Origin: Planctomycetota bacterium
Lineage (GTDB): Bacteria; Planctomycetota; PLA2; JAEUHO01
Direction of reading: 5' to 3'
Assembly: GCA_965223505.1 (NCBI GenBank)
Contig: CBDCWP010000026.1
Coordinates: 32,001 to 96,000 of the forward strand
DNA: 64,000 bases
In this document: piece after piece, positions 17,566 to 28,442 of the stretch
Layout: each line of letters begins with the position of its first letter
How positions within the stretch are numbered: the first letter of the stretch is position 1
Program-made: the position numbers and the translations under genes
Notes under the pieces: generated by a model
Databases searched by the model: none
What the model was told of the DNA's origin: nothing
What the model saw: the letters and a program-made list of their open reading frames with translations, nothing else

Positions 17566-18655
17566 CCGCGACATCCCGAGCCGCTTCGACGTGAACTTCG
17601 AAGGGCTGACCCTGCTCGACATGTACCGCGTCGACGAGAAGCTCGACGAAGGCGGGATGGGCGCGGTCTACCTCGGCGAGAACACCAACCTCGGCACCAA
17701 GGTCGTCATCAAGGTGCCGCACGTTCGCTTCTTGGGGGAGCAGGGCTTCCGCGCGCGGTTCGAGCGCGAGGTCGCCGGCCTGGTGAAGCTCCGGCACCGC
17801 GACATCGTGCGCATCCTCGCGCAAGGGGTGCACGACGACGTGCCCTTCTTCGTCCTCGAGTACTTGGAAGGAGGTTCGCTGCAGCAACGCATTCGCGCGG
17901 CGAAGCGACTGCCGGTCGACGACGTGAAGCCGTGGCTACGCACCATTGCGAACACGCTCGACTGGGTCCACTCGCAAGCGGTGGTGCACCGCGACGTGAA
18001 GCCGGGCAACGTGCTCTTCGACGAGCACGACAACGTGTTCCTGTCGGACTTCGGGATCGCCAAGACGTTGGAGGGGACGGATCTCTCGATCACGGCGACC
18101 GGCGCGGGCGTCGGTTCGCCCGAGTACGCCGCGCCCGAGCAAGGCGCCGGCCAGGATCTGAGCCCGGCATCGGATCAGTACGCGCTCGCGGCGACGCTGT
18201 ACGAGGCGCTAACGGGCACGACGCCGTTCGGCGGAAACACGCCGGTCCAGGTGCTCCTTCGAAAGCTCCAGGAGGAGCCGACGCCGATTCGCGAGCACGT
18301 GCCGGAGCTGCCCGAGCCGGCCGCCGCGGCGATCATGAAGGCGCTGTCGCGCGCGCCCGAAGACCGGTTTCCGTCGTGCTCGGCCTTCGCCGACGCGTTC
18401 GAAGCGGGCTGCGGCGACTTCGTCCCCTTGCCGACGACGCCGCCCCCACCGATCGTCGCGACGCTCGACAGCACCCAGTTCAGCGAGCAGAAGACGATTC
18501 GACACACCCCGACGACGCCGAGTCCCACACGACCGCCGCCGCCGCCACCGCCTCCCCCTCCCCCGCCGGACGAACAACACGGCCTGAGCAAGAAGGCGAT
18601 CTGGATCATCATCGGCGCCGCGGCGCTCTACGTGCTGACGCGGTGCGCGAGCTGA
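17558..18655 (+). CDS. Hanks-type Ser/Thr protein kinase with Pro-rich linker and C-terminal TM helix
   Basis: EGGMGAVY, VVIK, HRDVKPGN, DFG, YAAPEQ, SDQYAL and a polyproline run. Confidence 0.92.
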   Translation: MTDRDIPSRFDVNFEGLTLLDMYRVDEKLDEGGMGAVYLGENTNLGTKVVIKVPHVRFLGEQGFRARFEREVAGLVKLRHRDIVRILAQGVHDDVPFFVLEYLEGGSLQQRIRAAKRLPVDDVKPWLRTIANTLDWVHSQAVVHRDVKPGNVLFDEHDNVFLSDFGIAKTLEGTDLSITATGAGVGSPEYAAPEQGAGQDLSPASDQYALAATLYEALTGTTPFGGNTPVQVLLRKLQEEPTPIREHVPELPEPAAAAIMKALSRAPEDRFPSCSAFADAFEAGCGDFVPLPTTPPPPIVATLDSTQFSEQKTIRHTPTTPSPTRPPPPPPPPPPPPDEQHGLSKKAIWIIIGAAALYVLTRCAS

Positions 18656-18665
18656 CCGGGGCGGT

Positions 18666-19493
18666 TCAGTACGACGGCTTGCGTCCCGTGACCGCGAAGA
18701 GCAACCAGCACGAGTAGCGGTCCGTATCGAGAACGGTGAGCATCAGCGCGTCGAAGCGTCGCGACACGGCGCGCGGCTCGACACCGAGGCCCTCCGCGAG
18801 GAACCGCGCGTAGCCGTCACGCCAGTGACGCAGCATCGTCGCGAAAATCTGCCGGTCGGTGTTCTCGGTGTCGACGAGGATCGGCGTGACGCGCACGCCG
18901 TCGAAGCCCGCCGCGCGCAGCGCCCGGTACGCCGTGCGGCCGTGAAGGAGATCGGTGCCCTTCGCCAGCACGGTCGGCGCGGCCTCGTTGAACAGCGAGA
19001 AGTCGTGATACGAGGGCGCGTCGAAGATCAGCCCCTGGTAGTCCTCGGCGAGAAGGTAGAGCATCCCGCCCGGCTCGAGGATGCGCCGCGCCTCCATCAG
19101 CACGTCCTCGGGCTGCGGCAGGGCGTGCAGGAAGTGGCGCAGCGTCACGACGTCGAAGGCGCCGCTCTTCCACCCGGTCTTGCGCGCATCGCCGTGCACG
19201 AACGACAGGTTCGGATGCGTCGTCTCGGGGAATTCCGCCCGCGCCCGCGCCAGGTGGCCTTCGAAGAGATCCAACCCGGTGATGCGCGCGCCAGGGCACG
19301 CCACGGCGAGACGGCCGGCAAACTGCCCCGTCCCGCACCCGAGGTCCGCGATGCGCTCGCCGTTCGTGACGCCGAGCTGCTCGAGCACGGGCCGCTCGAG
19401 CGGCCAGATCATCTCCGCCTGCGCGTGCAGCGTGCCGACCATGCTGCGATCTTCCATCTCGCGTTGCTGGCCGTAGACGAGGTCGGACGACAT
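18666..19493 (-). CDS. Class I SAM-dependent methyltransferase
   Basis: ADLGCGTG, FDVV and RILEPGG. Confidence 0.85.
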   Translation of the reverse strand: MSSDLVYGQQREMEDRSMVGTLHAQAEMIWPLERPVLEQLGVTNGERIADLGCGTGQFAGRLAVACPGARITGLDLFEGHLARARAEFPETTHPNLSFVHGDARKTGWKSGAFDVVTLRHFLHALPQPEDVLMEARRILEPGGMLYLLAEDYQGLIFDAPSYHDFSLFNEAAPTVLAKGTDLLHGRTAYRALRAAGFDGVRVTPILVDTENTDRQIFATMLRHWRDGYARFLAEGLGVEPRAVSRRFDALMLTVLDTDRYSCWLLFAVTGRKPSY

Positions 19494-20252
19494 CTAGGAT
19501 TCCTCCGGCAACACGCGCGTGAGCCGCGCCTTCAACCAGTCCGGAAAACGGTTGATCAACCGCGCCGCCACACGCATGCGCCACGGGAAATCGTACACCT
19601 TCTTCTTCTTTCGGATCGCCCTCGCGATCAGCACGGCCGCCTTCTCGGCCGACATCAGCAGCGGCATCCGGGTGGTGTTCTGATCGGTCATGGCCGTCTT
19701 CACGAATCCCGGTTGGATCGTGGTGCAGTGAATCCCCTTGTCCCGCAGCTCGATGCGGATCGACTCCATCCAGGACGACAGTCCGGCCTTCGTCGCGGAG
19801 TAGCCCCCGGAGCCTGGGGCCGTGACGTACGCGGCGAGGCTCGAGACGGCCACGATGTGCCCCGCGCCGCGCGCGAGCATGGAGGGCAAGACGGCCTCGA
19901 CCGCGTAGTGCGGTCCGAGCAGGTTGACGCGCACCATCGTCTCGTACCCCGCAGCGTCCGGTTCCTCGATGAAGCTGCTCAGTCCGACGCCCGCGTTGGC
20001 AACCAGCAGGTCCACCGGCCCGAGCGTCTCGGCCAGCGCGTGAAGCGCGCGCAGCGTTTCGTCGCGATCGCCTGCGTCGGCGACGGCGACGGCCGCCGTG
20101 CCCCCGTCGCGCTCGATCTCCTCGCGCAGCGTCTCGAGCAGCGGCTTGCGCCGCGCGGTCAGTCCGACCGCATAGCCCTCGCCGGCCAGCTCCTTGGCCA
20201 GCGCCCTGCCGATGCCGGCCGACGCGCCGGTCACGACGGCGACTCGGCTCAC
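19494..20252 (-). CDS. SDR family oxidoreductase
   Basis: TGASAGIG, NAG and YSATK. GTG start overlaps the upstream stop. Confidence 0.9.
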   Translation of the reverse strand: MSRVAVVTGASAGIGRALAKELAGEGYAVGLTARRKPLLETLREEIERDGGTAAVAVADAGDRDETLRALHALAETLGPVDLLVANAGVGLSSFIEEPDAAGYETMVRVNLLGPHYAVEAVLPSMLARGAGHIVAVSSLAAYVTAPGSGGYSATKAGLSSWMESIRIELRDKGIHCTTIQPGFVKTAMTDQNTTRMPLLMSAEKAAVLIARAIRKKKKVYDFPWRMRVAARLINRFPDWLKARLTRVLPEES

Positions 20253-21172
20253 GCCGGCGGTCCCTTCGGCAACGGCGGCGCCTGGTACACGCGGCTGCGC
20301 AACGGGTGCGCGACGTGTTCCGCGATGCCGTGGCTCGCTTCGCGCAACCGCTCGAGCTCGACGCCCGTCCGGATGTCGAGGCCGTCGAGCAGGAACACGA
20401 TGTCCTCCGTCGCCAGATTGCCCGAAGCCCCCGGCGCGAACGGACATCCGCCCAGCCCCGCGGCGCTGGCATCGAACGCCGTGATGCCGTAGCGCAACCC
20501 CTCGAGCACGTTGGCCGCGGCCATGCCGCGCGTGTCGTGCAGGTGCAAGACGAGCCTGCGCACGTCGATCGTCTCGAGGAGGACGTCGAGCAGACGCGCG
20601 ATGTCTCCCGGCGTCGCGGCGCCGATCGTGTCCCCGACGGAGACCTCGTCGCACCCCAGCTCGAGCAGACGCTCGACGACGTCGAGTGTCGCGGCGGGAT
20701 CGACCGGCCCCTCGTACGGACACGCGACCGCCACGCTGACGTAGCCGCGCAGCGCCAAGCCGCTCTCGCGCACGGTCTTCGCCACCGGCTCGAAGTTGCT
20801 CAGCGACTGGTGGATCGTCGCGTTCACGTTGCGTTGGTTGAAGGTCTCGGTCGCGGCGGTGAATACCGAGACCTTGCCGACCTCGACGTCGAGCGCGCGT
20901 TCCAGACCGCGCATGTTCGGTACGAGCGCGCCGTAGGTCACGCCGTCGGGCGGCGGACCGAGCATCCGAAAGAGCTCCTCGGCGTCGGCGAGCTGCGGCA
21001 CGCGGTCGGGGCGGACGAACGACGAGACCTCGATGTCGCGCAGACCCGCGGCGGCAAGACGCCTCACGAACGCGGCCTTCGCGTCCGTCGGGACCGGCTC
21101 GACCTCGTTCTGCAGCCCGTCGCGCGGCCCGACTTCCGTCAGCGTCACGCGCGAGGGCAAGGTTCTGCTCAT
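20249..21172 (-). CDS. liuE: Hydroxymethylglutaryl-CoA lyase
   Basis: EVGPRDGLQNE, GDTIG, HLHDTRG and GLGGCPFAPGASGNLATED. Confidence 0.93.
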   Translation of the reverse strand: MSRTLPSRVTLTEVGPRDGLQNEVEPVPTDAKAAFVRRLAAAGLRDIEVSSFVRPDRVPQLADAEELFRMLGPPPDGVTYGALVPNMRGLERALDVEVGKVSVFTAATETFNQRNVNATIHQSLSNFEPVAKTVRESGLALRGYVSVAVACPYEGPVDPAATLDVVERLLELGCDEVSVGDTIGAATPGDIARLLDVLLETIDVRRLVLHLHDTRGMAAANVLEGLRYGITAFDASAAGLGGCPFAPGASGNLATEDIVFLLDGLDIRTGVELERLREASHGIAEHVAHPLRSRVYQAPPLPKGPPA

Positions 21173-21690
21173 TGGACCGCCTCGGCCGTCTGAAACGAGA
21201 CGACCTCCTCGCCCAATTCTACGCGGTCCCCCGTTTGGAAGTGGACGGCGTCCACCACGAGATCGCGCGGCGCGCGCACGACGTACTCCATCTTCATCGC
21301 CTCGACCACGAAGAGCTCGGCGCCGGAGACGACCTCGGCGCCCGCATCGACCGACATCTTGGCGACGACGCCGCTCATGGGGCTGGCGGCGGACTTGGCG
21401 GCTGCGCCCGACGCCGCAGCCGCCGCGCCGGGCTCGGCCAGCTGCAGCCGCACGCTGGCGCCGTCGATGCACACCCACGCCGTGTCGCCGCGCGTGACGA
21501 CCGTCGCGCGCAGCGTGCGTTCGCCGACGCGCACCTCGACGCGGTGCGCGCCGAGCCGGCGCGCGGCCGCCTCGACGTCGTGGTCCGCGTCTCCGATGCG
21601 GATCGAACCCGCGAGCATCCCGTCCGCCTGGCGCAGCTCCGCCTCTGCCGCGTCCGCACCGTCGAGGTAGACCCGCCGGAGGCCGCTCAC
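21169..21690 (-). CDS. Biotin carboxyl carrier subunit (BT-like + biotinyl domain)
   Basis: SPMSG and the EAMKME biotinylation motif. GTGA overlap with the upstream gene. Confidence 0.88.
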   Translation of the reverse strand: MSGLRRVYLDGADAAEAELRQADGMLAGSIRIGDADHDVEAAARRLGAHRVEVRVGERTLRATVVTRGDTAWVCIDGASVRLQLAEPGAAAAASGAAAKSAASPMSGVVAKMSVDAGAEVVSGAELFVVEAMKMEYVVRAPRDLVVDAVHFQTGDRVELGEEVVSFQTAEAVQ

Positions 21691-23219
21691 GTGTCACCGC
21701 CCATGCGGAAGCCCGCCAGCGTGTCCCACGGCGACGGCAGCTCGATGCCGCCGTTCGTCCCGGCCGGCGACGACCCGGCGCGGCCTGCCAACAGCTCGTC
21801 GGCGGCGGCGCACAGCACGGCGTCGAGCAGATCGACGTGACCGGTGGCGAGCTCGGGCGCGATGTCGTCCAGCGCGTCGATGCGCAGTCCGCCCGGCTCG
21901 AACGCGTCGTGGGCGAGCAACGCCCGCAGGAACGCGACGTTGTTGGCGACACCGGCGATCACCATGTCGCGCAACGCCGTGTCCAGTCGGCGCCGCGCCT
22001 CCTCGCGCGTCTCGCCGTGCGCGACGACCTTCGCGAGCAGCGGGTCGTAGAACGGCGAAACCTCCATGGTCGTCATCAACGCCGAGTCCACGCGGATCCC
22101 CGGCCCCTGCGGTTCCGACGCATGTTCGATGCGTCCGGCGGACGGCAAGAACCCCTGCGCCGGATCCTCGGCGTACACGCGCGCCTCGATGGCGTGGCCG
22201 CGCGCCGAGAACCGGCTGGGATCGGGCAGCGCCTCCCCTGCCGCGACCCGCAGCTGCCAGGCGACGAGGTCGACGCCGAAGCACATCTCGGTGACGGGGT
22301 GCTCGACCTGCAGCCGCCGGTTCACCTCCAGGAAGAAGAACGAGCCGTCCGGCTGCATCAGGAACTCGACGGTGCCGGCGCCGCGGTATCCCAGCGCGCG
22401 AACGGCATCGGCGCCGGCGCCATGAAGCGCGGCGCGCACGTCGTCGCTCAAACCGGGGGCGGGGCACTCCTCGATCACCTTCTGGTGACGGCGCTGTAGC
22501 GAGCAGTCGCGTTCGCCGAGCACCACGACGCCGTCGTGCGCGTCGCACAGCACCTGCACCTCGACGTGTCGCGCAGGCTGCACGATGCGCTCGAGATACA
22601 GCTCGGTGTTGCCGAACGCGCCGCCGGCCTCGCGCCGCGCACCTTCCGCGGCGGCGAGCAGCGCGCCCGCTTCCTCGACGCGGCGCATGCCCTTGCCGCC
22701 GCCGCCCGCGCTGGCCTTGAGCAGCAACGGATAGCCGGTCGCGTTCGCCGCCGCCGTCAACGCCGCGTCGTCCGCCGGCACGGCATCGAGCGGCCCGGGA
22801 ATCACGGGCACGCCGGCGTCCGACACGCGTCGCTTGACGACGAGCTTGTCGTTCGAACCTTCCAGCACGTCGGCCGGCGGACCGATGAACGTGATGCCGG
22901 CGTCGCTGCACGCCCGTGCGAACACGGCGTTTTCCGACAGGAACCCGTAGCCCGGATGCACCGCGTCGGCGCCGGTCGCGCGCGCGGCGCGAACGACGGC
23001 CTCCACGTCGAGGTACGACGCGGTCGCCTCCGCGGGTCCGATGAGGACCGCTTCGTCGGCCTCGAGCACGTGGCGTTGTTCGGCGTCCGCTTCGCTGTAG
23101 ACGGCTACCGACGGGATGCCGAGGGTGCGACACGTGCGCATCACGCGCAGGGCGATCTCCCCACGGTTCGCAACGAGCACCTTGCGGAAGGGGTTGCCGT
23201 TGCCGGATCGAGACGTCAT
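21687..23219 (-). CDS. Biotin carboxylase (methylcrotonyl-CoA carboxylase alpha, BC part)
   Basis: KVLVANRGEIA, HPGYGFLSEN, GGGGKGMR, ERDCSLQRRHQK, RLQVEHPVTE and YDPLLAK. Confidence 0.92.
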   Translation of the reverse strand: MTSRSGNGNPFRKVLVANRGEIALRVMRTCRTLGIPSVAVYSEADAEQRHVLEADEAVLIGPAEATASYLDVEAVVRAARATGADAVHPGYGFLSENAVFARACSDAGITFIGPPADVLEGSNDKLVVKRRVSDAGVPVIPGPLDAVPADDAALTAAANATGYPLLLKASAGGGGKGMRRVEEAGALLAAAEGARREAGGAFGNTELYLERIVQPARHVEVQVLCDAHDGVVVLGERDCSLQRRHQKVIEECPAPGLSDDVRAALHGAGADAVRALGYRGAGTVEFLMQPDGSFFFLEVNRRLQVEHPVTEMCFGVDLVAWQLRVAAGEALPDPSRFSARGHAIEARVYAEDPAQGFLPSAGRIEHASEPQGPGIRVDSALMTTMEVSPFYDPLLAKVVAHGETREEARRRLDTALRDMVIAGVANNVAFLRALLAHDAFEPGGLRIDALDDIAPELATGHVDLLDAVLCAAADELLAGRAGSSPAGTNGGIELPSPWDTLAGFRMGGDT

Positions 23220-24004
23220 TGCGTCCATCGCGGCGGGCGTTCCTCCAGGAAGGCGCTCAACCCCTCGCGGCCGTCGTCGGACGCGCGGGCGTCGGCGATG
23301 GCCTCGCGCGCCAGCTCGAGCGAGCGCTCGTGATCGGCCTCGCGAATCTCGTGCAGGAGCGCCTTGGCGCCGCGCACGCCGCCAGGCGCGCACTCCTTCA
23401 GGCGCTGCACGACGAGACCGACCGCCGCGTCCATCTGGCTCTGAGGCACGACGTGGTGCACGAGGCCGATCTGCTGCGCCCGCTGCGCGCCGAAACGCTC
23501 CGCGGTCAGGAAGAGCTGACGCGTGTGGCTGAAGCCGATCTTGCGCAGCACGTACGGCGAGATGACGCCCGGCACCAGACCAAGACGCACCTCGGAGAAG
23601 GCGAACTTGGTGTCCGACTCGGCCACGGCGACGTCGCACAGCGCCACGAGGCCCGCGCCGCCACCGAAGGCGTGGCCGTGGATGCGCCCGACGACGGGCA
23701 CGGGGCACCGGTCGATGCGCTCGAAGGCGCGCTGGAACGCCGCGGCGTCGGCGAGGTTCTCTTCGCGCGAGTAGTCGGCGACGCGCCGCATCCACTCGAC
23801 GTCCCCGCCCGCGCAGAAGCTCGCGCCGCTGCCGCCGATGATGATGACGCGGACGGCGTCGTTCGCGCCGAGCTCCGCGAACACGCTGTCGAGCCTGGCG
23901 GCGATCTGGTCGTCGAACGCGTTGCGCTTCTCGGGGCGATTGAGCCGCACGTGGGCGACGCCGTCGCGAACGACCGACTGCACTGCTTCGTCGACGCTGC
24001 TCAT
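23216..24004 (-). CDS. liuC: Enoyl-CoA hydratase (methylglutaconyl-CoA hydratase-like)
   Basis: LNRPEKRNAF, FCAGGD, GGGAGL, FSEVRLGLVP and EGLSAFLEER. Lies inside the liu operon. Confidence 0.85.
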   Translation of the reverse strand: MSSVDEAVQSVVRDGVAHVRLNRPEKRNAFDDQIAARLDSVFAELGANDAVRVIIIGGSGASFCAGGDVEWMRRVADYSREENLADAAAFQRAFERIDRCPVPVVGRIHGHAFGGGAGLVALCDVAVAESDTKFAFSEVRLGLVPGVISPYVLRKIGFSHTRQLFLTAERFGAQRAQQIGLVHHVVPQSQMDAAVGLVVQRLKECAPGGVRGAKALLHEIREADHERSLELAREAIADARASDDGREGLSAFLEERPPRWTQ

Positions 24005-24006
24005 GG

Positions 24007-25620
24007 CTACATCCGGTAGACCGGCGGACGCACGGGCGCCTCCGGTGCGTAGCGGGTCACGGCGAACGCCAACCCGAGGATGTCGCGCGTCTGGGTGGGC
24101 TCGATGACGCCGTCGTCCCAGAGCCGCGCGCTGCCGTAGTACGGGTGGCCCTCTCTCTCGTACTTGGCGCGGATCGGATCGGTCAGCGCCGACTCCTCTT
24201 TCGCGCTCAACGCGTCCTTGCCTTCCGACGCGAGCTGCTGGCGCTTGACGGTGAGCAGTGTCTGCGCCGCTTGCTCGCCGCCCATCACGCTGATGCGCGC
24301 GTTCGGCCACGTGAACAGGAAGCGCGCGTCGTACGCGCGACCGCACATGCCGTAGTTCCCGGCGCCGAACGACGATCCGATGATGACCGTGATCTTGGGC
24401 ACGTTGACGGTCGCGACGGCCTGCACCATCTTCGCGCCGTCCTTGGCAATGCCGCCGTTCTCGGCTTCCTTGCCGACCATGAACCCGGTGACGTTCTGCA
24501 GGAAGAGCAACGGGATGCCGCGCTGCCCGCAGATCTCGATGAAGTGCGCGCCCTTCTGCGCCGAGCTCGAGAACAGCACGCCGTTGTTCGCGACGATGCC
24601 GATCGGCATGCCGTGCAGGCGCGCGAAGCCGGTCACGAGCGTGGTGCCGTAGCGCGCCTTGAACTCCTGGAAGCGGCTGCCGTCCACGATTCGCGCGATG
24701 ACCTCGCGCACGTCGTACGGCGTGCGCACGTCCTTGGGCACGATGCCGAGCAGCTCCTCGGCGTCGTACTTGGGCGGCTCGACCGCGGCGACGTCCATGT
24801 GCGCCGGCGGATGCGGGTTGAGCGACTCGAGAATCGAGCGGAGCTTGCGCAGCGCGTCGTCGTCGTCCTCGGCGAAGTGGTCGGCGACGCCGCTGATGCG
24901 GGTGTGCACGTCGGCGCCGCCCAGTTCCTCGGCGGTGACCTCTTCGCCGGTCGCGGCGCGTACGAGCGGCGGACCGGCCAGGAAGATCGTCCCCGTGCCC
25001 TTCACGATGACGGCTTCGTCGCTCATGGCGGGCACGTAGGCGCCGCCCGCGGTGCACGACCCCATGACCGCCGCGATCTGCGGCACGCGCATCGACGACA
25101 GCACCGCCTGGTTCCGGAAGATGCGGCCGAAGTGGTACTTGTCGGGGAAGACGTCGTCCTGCAGCGGCAGGAACGCGCCCCCGGAGTCGACGAGGTAGAC
25201 CGTGGGCAGGTGGTTCTCGATCGCGACCTCTTGCGCGCGAACGTGCTTCTTCACGGTCAGCGGCAGGTAGGTGCCGCCCTTCACGGTCGCGTCGTTGGCC
25301 ACGACCATGACCTCGTTGCCGTGGACGCTGCCGATGCCGGTCACGACCCCCGCGCACGGCACGTCGGTGTCCGGGTACACCTCGTGCGCGGCCAGACACG
25401 AAAGCTCGAGGAACGGGCTGCCCGGGTCCAGGAGCCGCTCGATGCGCTCGCGCGCGAGCAGCTTGCCGCGCTCATGGTGGCGCTCGCGGGAACGGGGGCT
25501 GCCCCCCTGCCGGAGCCGGCCTTGGAGGTTGCGAAGGTCCGCCCGGAGCGCATCGTTGTGCGTCCGGCGGGATGCGAACGTCTCGTCGGACGTGTCGACC
25601 TGGGTCGGGAGAACCTCCAT
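24007..25620 (-). CDS. liuB: Methylcrotonyl-CoA carboxylase beta (carboxyltransferase) subunit
   Basis: [40 protein letters not shown] and ARLWDDG. Confidence 0.92.
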   Translation of the reverse strand: MEVLPTQVDTSDETFASRRTHNDALRADLRNLQGRLRQGGSPRSRERHHERGKLLARERIERLLDPGSPFLELSCLAAHEVYPDTDVPCAGVVTGIGSVHGNEVMVVANDATVKGGTYLPLTVKKHVRAQEVAIENHLPTVYLVDSGGAFLPLQDDVFPDKYHFGRIFRNQAVLSSMRVPQIAAVMGSCTAGGAYVPAMSDEAVIVKGTGTIFLAGPPLVRAATGEEVTAEELGGADVHTRISGVADHFAEDDDDALRKLRSILESLNPHPPAHMDVAAVEPPKYDAEELLGIVPKDVRTPYDVREVIARIVDGSRFQEFKARYGTTLVTGFARLHGMPIGIVANNGVLFSSSAQKGAHFIEICGQRGIPLLFLQNVTGFMVGKEAENGGIAKDGAKMVQAVATVNVPKITVIIGSSFGAGNYGMCGRAYDARFLFTWPNARISVMGGEQAAQTLLTVKRQQLASEGKDALSAKEESALTDPIRAKYEREGHPYYGSARLWDDGVIEPTQTRDILGLAFAVTRYAPEAPVRPPVYRM

Positions 25621-25684
25621 GCGGGCGGCATGGTACCCGCAACGGCCCTGGGCCCGAGGTTGAGACCGCCGTACTCTTGCGCCC

Positions 25685-26440
25685 ATGGCCGCAGCCGACC
25701 ATGCCGGCAACGACGTCGCGCTCGTCACGGGCGGCGGCGGCGGTGTCGGGTTCGCGTGCGCGGAAGCGCTGGTCGTGGCGGGGTACCGGCCGGTCCTGTT
25801 GGGACGCCAGGGCGACCGGCTCGAAGCGGCGCGCGACCGGCTGGACGGCGACGTCGAGGTAATCGTCGCGGACGTCACCGATCGCGCGGGCATGCAGCGG
25901 GCGGTGGCGTGGGTCGAGGACCAGGTCGGCCCGCCGCTGATCCTGGTCAACGCGGCCGGCATGGCCGCGTCGGCCCCGCTGCTCCCGCCCGACGACGAGC
26001 TCTGGCGGCGCACGCTCGACGTGAACCTCACCGGTACGTGGATCGCGTCCACGGCGTGCCTGCCGGCAATGCGCGCGGCGAGGCGCGGATTCATCTGCAA
26101 CATCGCGAGCACGGCCGCGCTGCAGGGCTATGCGTACACGGCCGCCTACGTCGCGAGCAAGCACGGCGTGCTCGGCCTCACCCGCGCGATGGCCGAAGAC
26201 CTTCAGGGCAAGGGCGTGCGCGTCAATGCGATCTGTCCCGGCTTCCTGGACACGCCCATGACCGATCGCACGGTCCAGAACATCATCGCGCAGACGGGCA
26301 TGAGCGCGGAGGACGCACGCGAGACGCTCGCGAAGATGAACACGAGCGGACGGCTGATCCGGCCGGAGGAGGTCGCCGCCCAGATGCTATCGCTGCTTCG
26401 AGACGACCGGCAACACGGCGCTTCGATTCGCCTCGATTGA
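25685..26440 (+). CDS. SDR family oxidoreductase (3-hydroxyacyl-CoA/3-hydroxybutyrate dehydrogenase-like)
   Basis: [25 protein letters not shown] and [10 protein letters not shown]. Confidence 0.88.
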   Translation: MAAADHAGNDVALVTGGGGGVGFACAEALVVAGYRPVLLGRQGDRLEAARDRLDGDVEVIVADVTDRAGMQRAVAWVEDQVGPPLILVNAAGMAASAPLLPPDDELWRRTLDVNLTGTWIASTACLPAMRAARRGFICNIASTAALQGYAYTAAYVASKHGVLGLTRAMAEDLQGKGVRVNAICPGFLDTPMTDRTVQNIIAQTGMSAEDARETLAKMNTSGRLIRPEEVAAQMLSLLRDDRQHGASIRLD

Positions 26441-26470
26441 TAGGATGCGCGCCCTGCAGGGAGTACCACC

Positions 26471-27265
26471 ATGGCCGAGCTGCCCTTTGGCTACGACATC
26501 GCGGACGGCATCGCGACGATCACGTTGAACCGGCCCGAACGCCTGAACGCGCTGACATTCGACATCTACCGGCGCTTGACCGACATCCTCTACCGCCTGC
26601 GCTTCACGAAAGAGGTGAACGTCGTCGTCATCACCGGCGAGGGCAAGGGCTTCTGCGGCGGCGGCGACGTGCACGCGATCATCGGTGAGCTCCTCAAGAA
26701 GGACACGCACGACGTCATCGAGTTCACGCGGATGACAGGCGAGCTCATCGAGAACATGCGCCGACTCGACAAGCCGATCATCGCGGCGATCAACGGCACG
26801 GCCGCCGGCGCAGGCGCCGTCATCGCGCTCGCGGCGGACTTCCGCATCATGGTCCCCAAGGCCAAGTTCCACTTCCTGTTCAACCGCGTCGGGTTGACCG
26901 GGGCGGACATGGGCGCCGCGTGGCTTCTGCCGCGCGTCGTGGGACTCGGCCGCGCGACGGAGTGGCTCATGCTCGGCTCGGGGATCGACGCAGAGACGGC
27001 GAAGAGCGCGGGACTGGCGACGCAGATCGTGAGCGACGACGAGCTCATGGAGGCCGCCAACGAGCTGGCGCTGCGGCTGGCCAACGGACCGACGCTGGCG
27101 CACTCGATGACGAAGCGCATGCTCAACAACGAGCTTTCGATGGATCTCTCGTCTGCCATCGAGGCCGAGGCGATCGCGCAGGCGATCCTGCTGCAGGCGG
27201 ACGATCACCGGCTCTTCTACGAGGCCTACACCAAGGGCGAAGCGCCCAAGTTCACGGGACGTTGA
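26471..27265 (+). CDS. Enoyl-CoA hydratase family protein
   Basis: LNRPERLNALTF, FCGGGDV, AAGAGA and LFNRVGLTGADMGAAWLLPR. Confidence 0.9.
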   Translation: MAELPFGYDIADGIATITLNRPERLNALTFDIYRRLTDILYRLRFTKEVNVVVITGEGKGFCGGGDVHAIIGELLKKDTHDVIEFTRMTGELIENMRRLDKPIIAAINGTAAGAGAVIALAADFRIMVPKAKFHFLFNRVGLTGADMGAAWLLPRVVGLGRATEWLMLGSGIDAETAKSAGLATQIVSDDELMEAANELALRLANGPTLAHSMTKRMLNNELSMDLSSAIEAEAIAQAILLQADDHRLFYEAYTKGEAPKFTGR

Positions 27266-27266
27266 C

Positions 27267-28442
27267 TTGCCCCCTACCGACTACACGACCGAGTACGGAC
27301 TGAACGAGGCCGAGGCGGCGTGGCGCAACGCCGCCCGCAAGTTCGCCGCGGAAGCGCTGGCCCCCGTCGCCCGGCAGGCAGACCGCGACGGCGCGTTCTC
27401 CCGCGCGCTGGTCGAGCAGCTCGGGGAAGCCGGTCTGCTCGCGGCCACGTTGCCGCGCGACGCCGGCGGCGGCGGCGCCTCCACGCTCTCGGGCTGCCTG
27501 ATCGCCGAGGAGATCGGCGCGATCGACGGCAGCATGCGCGGCTTCATGGCGGTGCAGATCGGGCTGGTGCTCTCACCCTTGATCCGTCACGGCAGCCACG
27601 AGCAGGTCGACGCCTGGGTCGCCGACCTCATGGCCGGCCGCGCGATCGGCGCCTACGGACTCACCGAGCCGGGCGCGGGCAGCGACGTCGGCGCGATCGC
27701 GACCACGATCGAGCCGGACGGCGATGACGTCGTGATCAACGGCGAAAAGGTCTGGATCACGAACGGCGGCATCGCCGACTTCGTGCTGGTCTTCGGCACC
27801 GTCGATCCGTCGGCGAAGACGCGCGGTCTCGAGTGCTACCTCGTTCCCGGGGACACGCCGGGACTCGCGCGGGATCCGATGCCGGGCCGCGAGCTCGGCC
27901 ATCGCGCCTCGGACCACGCGCACCTGCGCTTCGAGAACGTGCGCGTGCCCAAGTCGCAGCGCGTCGGTCCGGCGCGCGGCGGGTTCGCGGTGGCGATGGA
28001 CGCGCTCGGCGTGGGCCGGCTGAACGTGGCCGCGGGCGCGGTCGGCATCCACCGCGCGTGCCTCGACGCGAGCGTAGCGTTCGCGCGCGAGCGGCGGCAG
28101 TTCGGCAGGCGCATCGGCGATTTCCAGCAGATCGGCGCGCAGCTGGCGGACATGGCGGTCGAGCTGCGCGCGGCGCGCCTGCTCACGCATCACGCGGCGC
28201 GATTGACGGACGCCGGCGTCGACGCCACGGCGCACGTGAGCGCCGCCAAGCTCTACGCCACCGAAGCGGCGCTGCGCGCTTCCACGAACGCGATCCAGAT
28301 TCACGGCTCGCGCGCGTACTCCGACGAGCTTCCGATCGAGCGCTTCCATCGCGACGTGATCGCGCTGACCATCTACGAAGGCACGAGCCACATCCAGCGC
28401 GTGATTCTCGCGCGCTCGCTACTGGGACGGGACGAGGCATGA
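27267..28442 (+). CDS. Acyl-CoA dehydrogenase
   Basis: LTEPGAGSD, NGEKVWITNG, RRQFGRRI, QIHG and IYEGTSHIQR. Confidence 0.92.
   Translation: MPPTDYTTEYGLNEAEAAWRNAARKFAAEALAPVARQADRDGAFSRALVEQLGEAGLLAATLPRDAGGGGASTLSGCLIAEEIGAIDGSMRGFMAVQIGLVLSPLIRHGSHEQVDAWVADLMAGRAIGAYGLTEPGAGSDVGAIATTIEPDGDDVVINGEKVWITNGGIADFVLVFGTVDPSAKTRGLECYLVPGDTPGLARDPMPGRELGHRASDHAHLRFENVRVPKSQRVGPARGGFAVAMDALGVGRLNVAAGAVGIHRACLDASVAFARERRQFGRRIGDFQQIGAQLADMAVELRAARLLTHHAARLTDAGVDATAHVSAAKLYATEAALRASTNAIQIHGSRAYSDELPIERFHRDVIALTIYEGTSHIQRVILARSLLGRDEA

Noticed and set aside
18530..18570. CCG-rich low-complexity run
   Set aside because: It encodes the polyproline linker of the Ser/Thr kinase and is not a separate repeat element.
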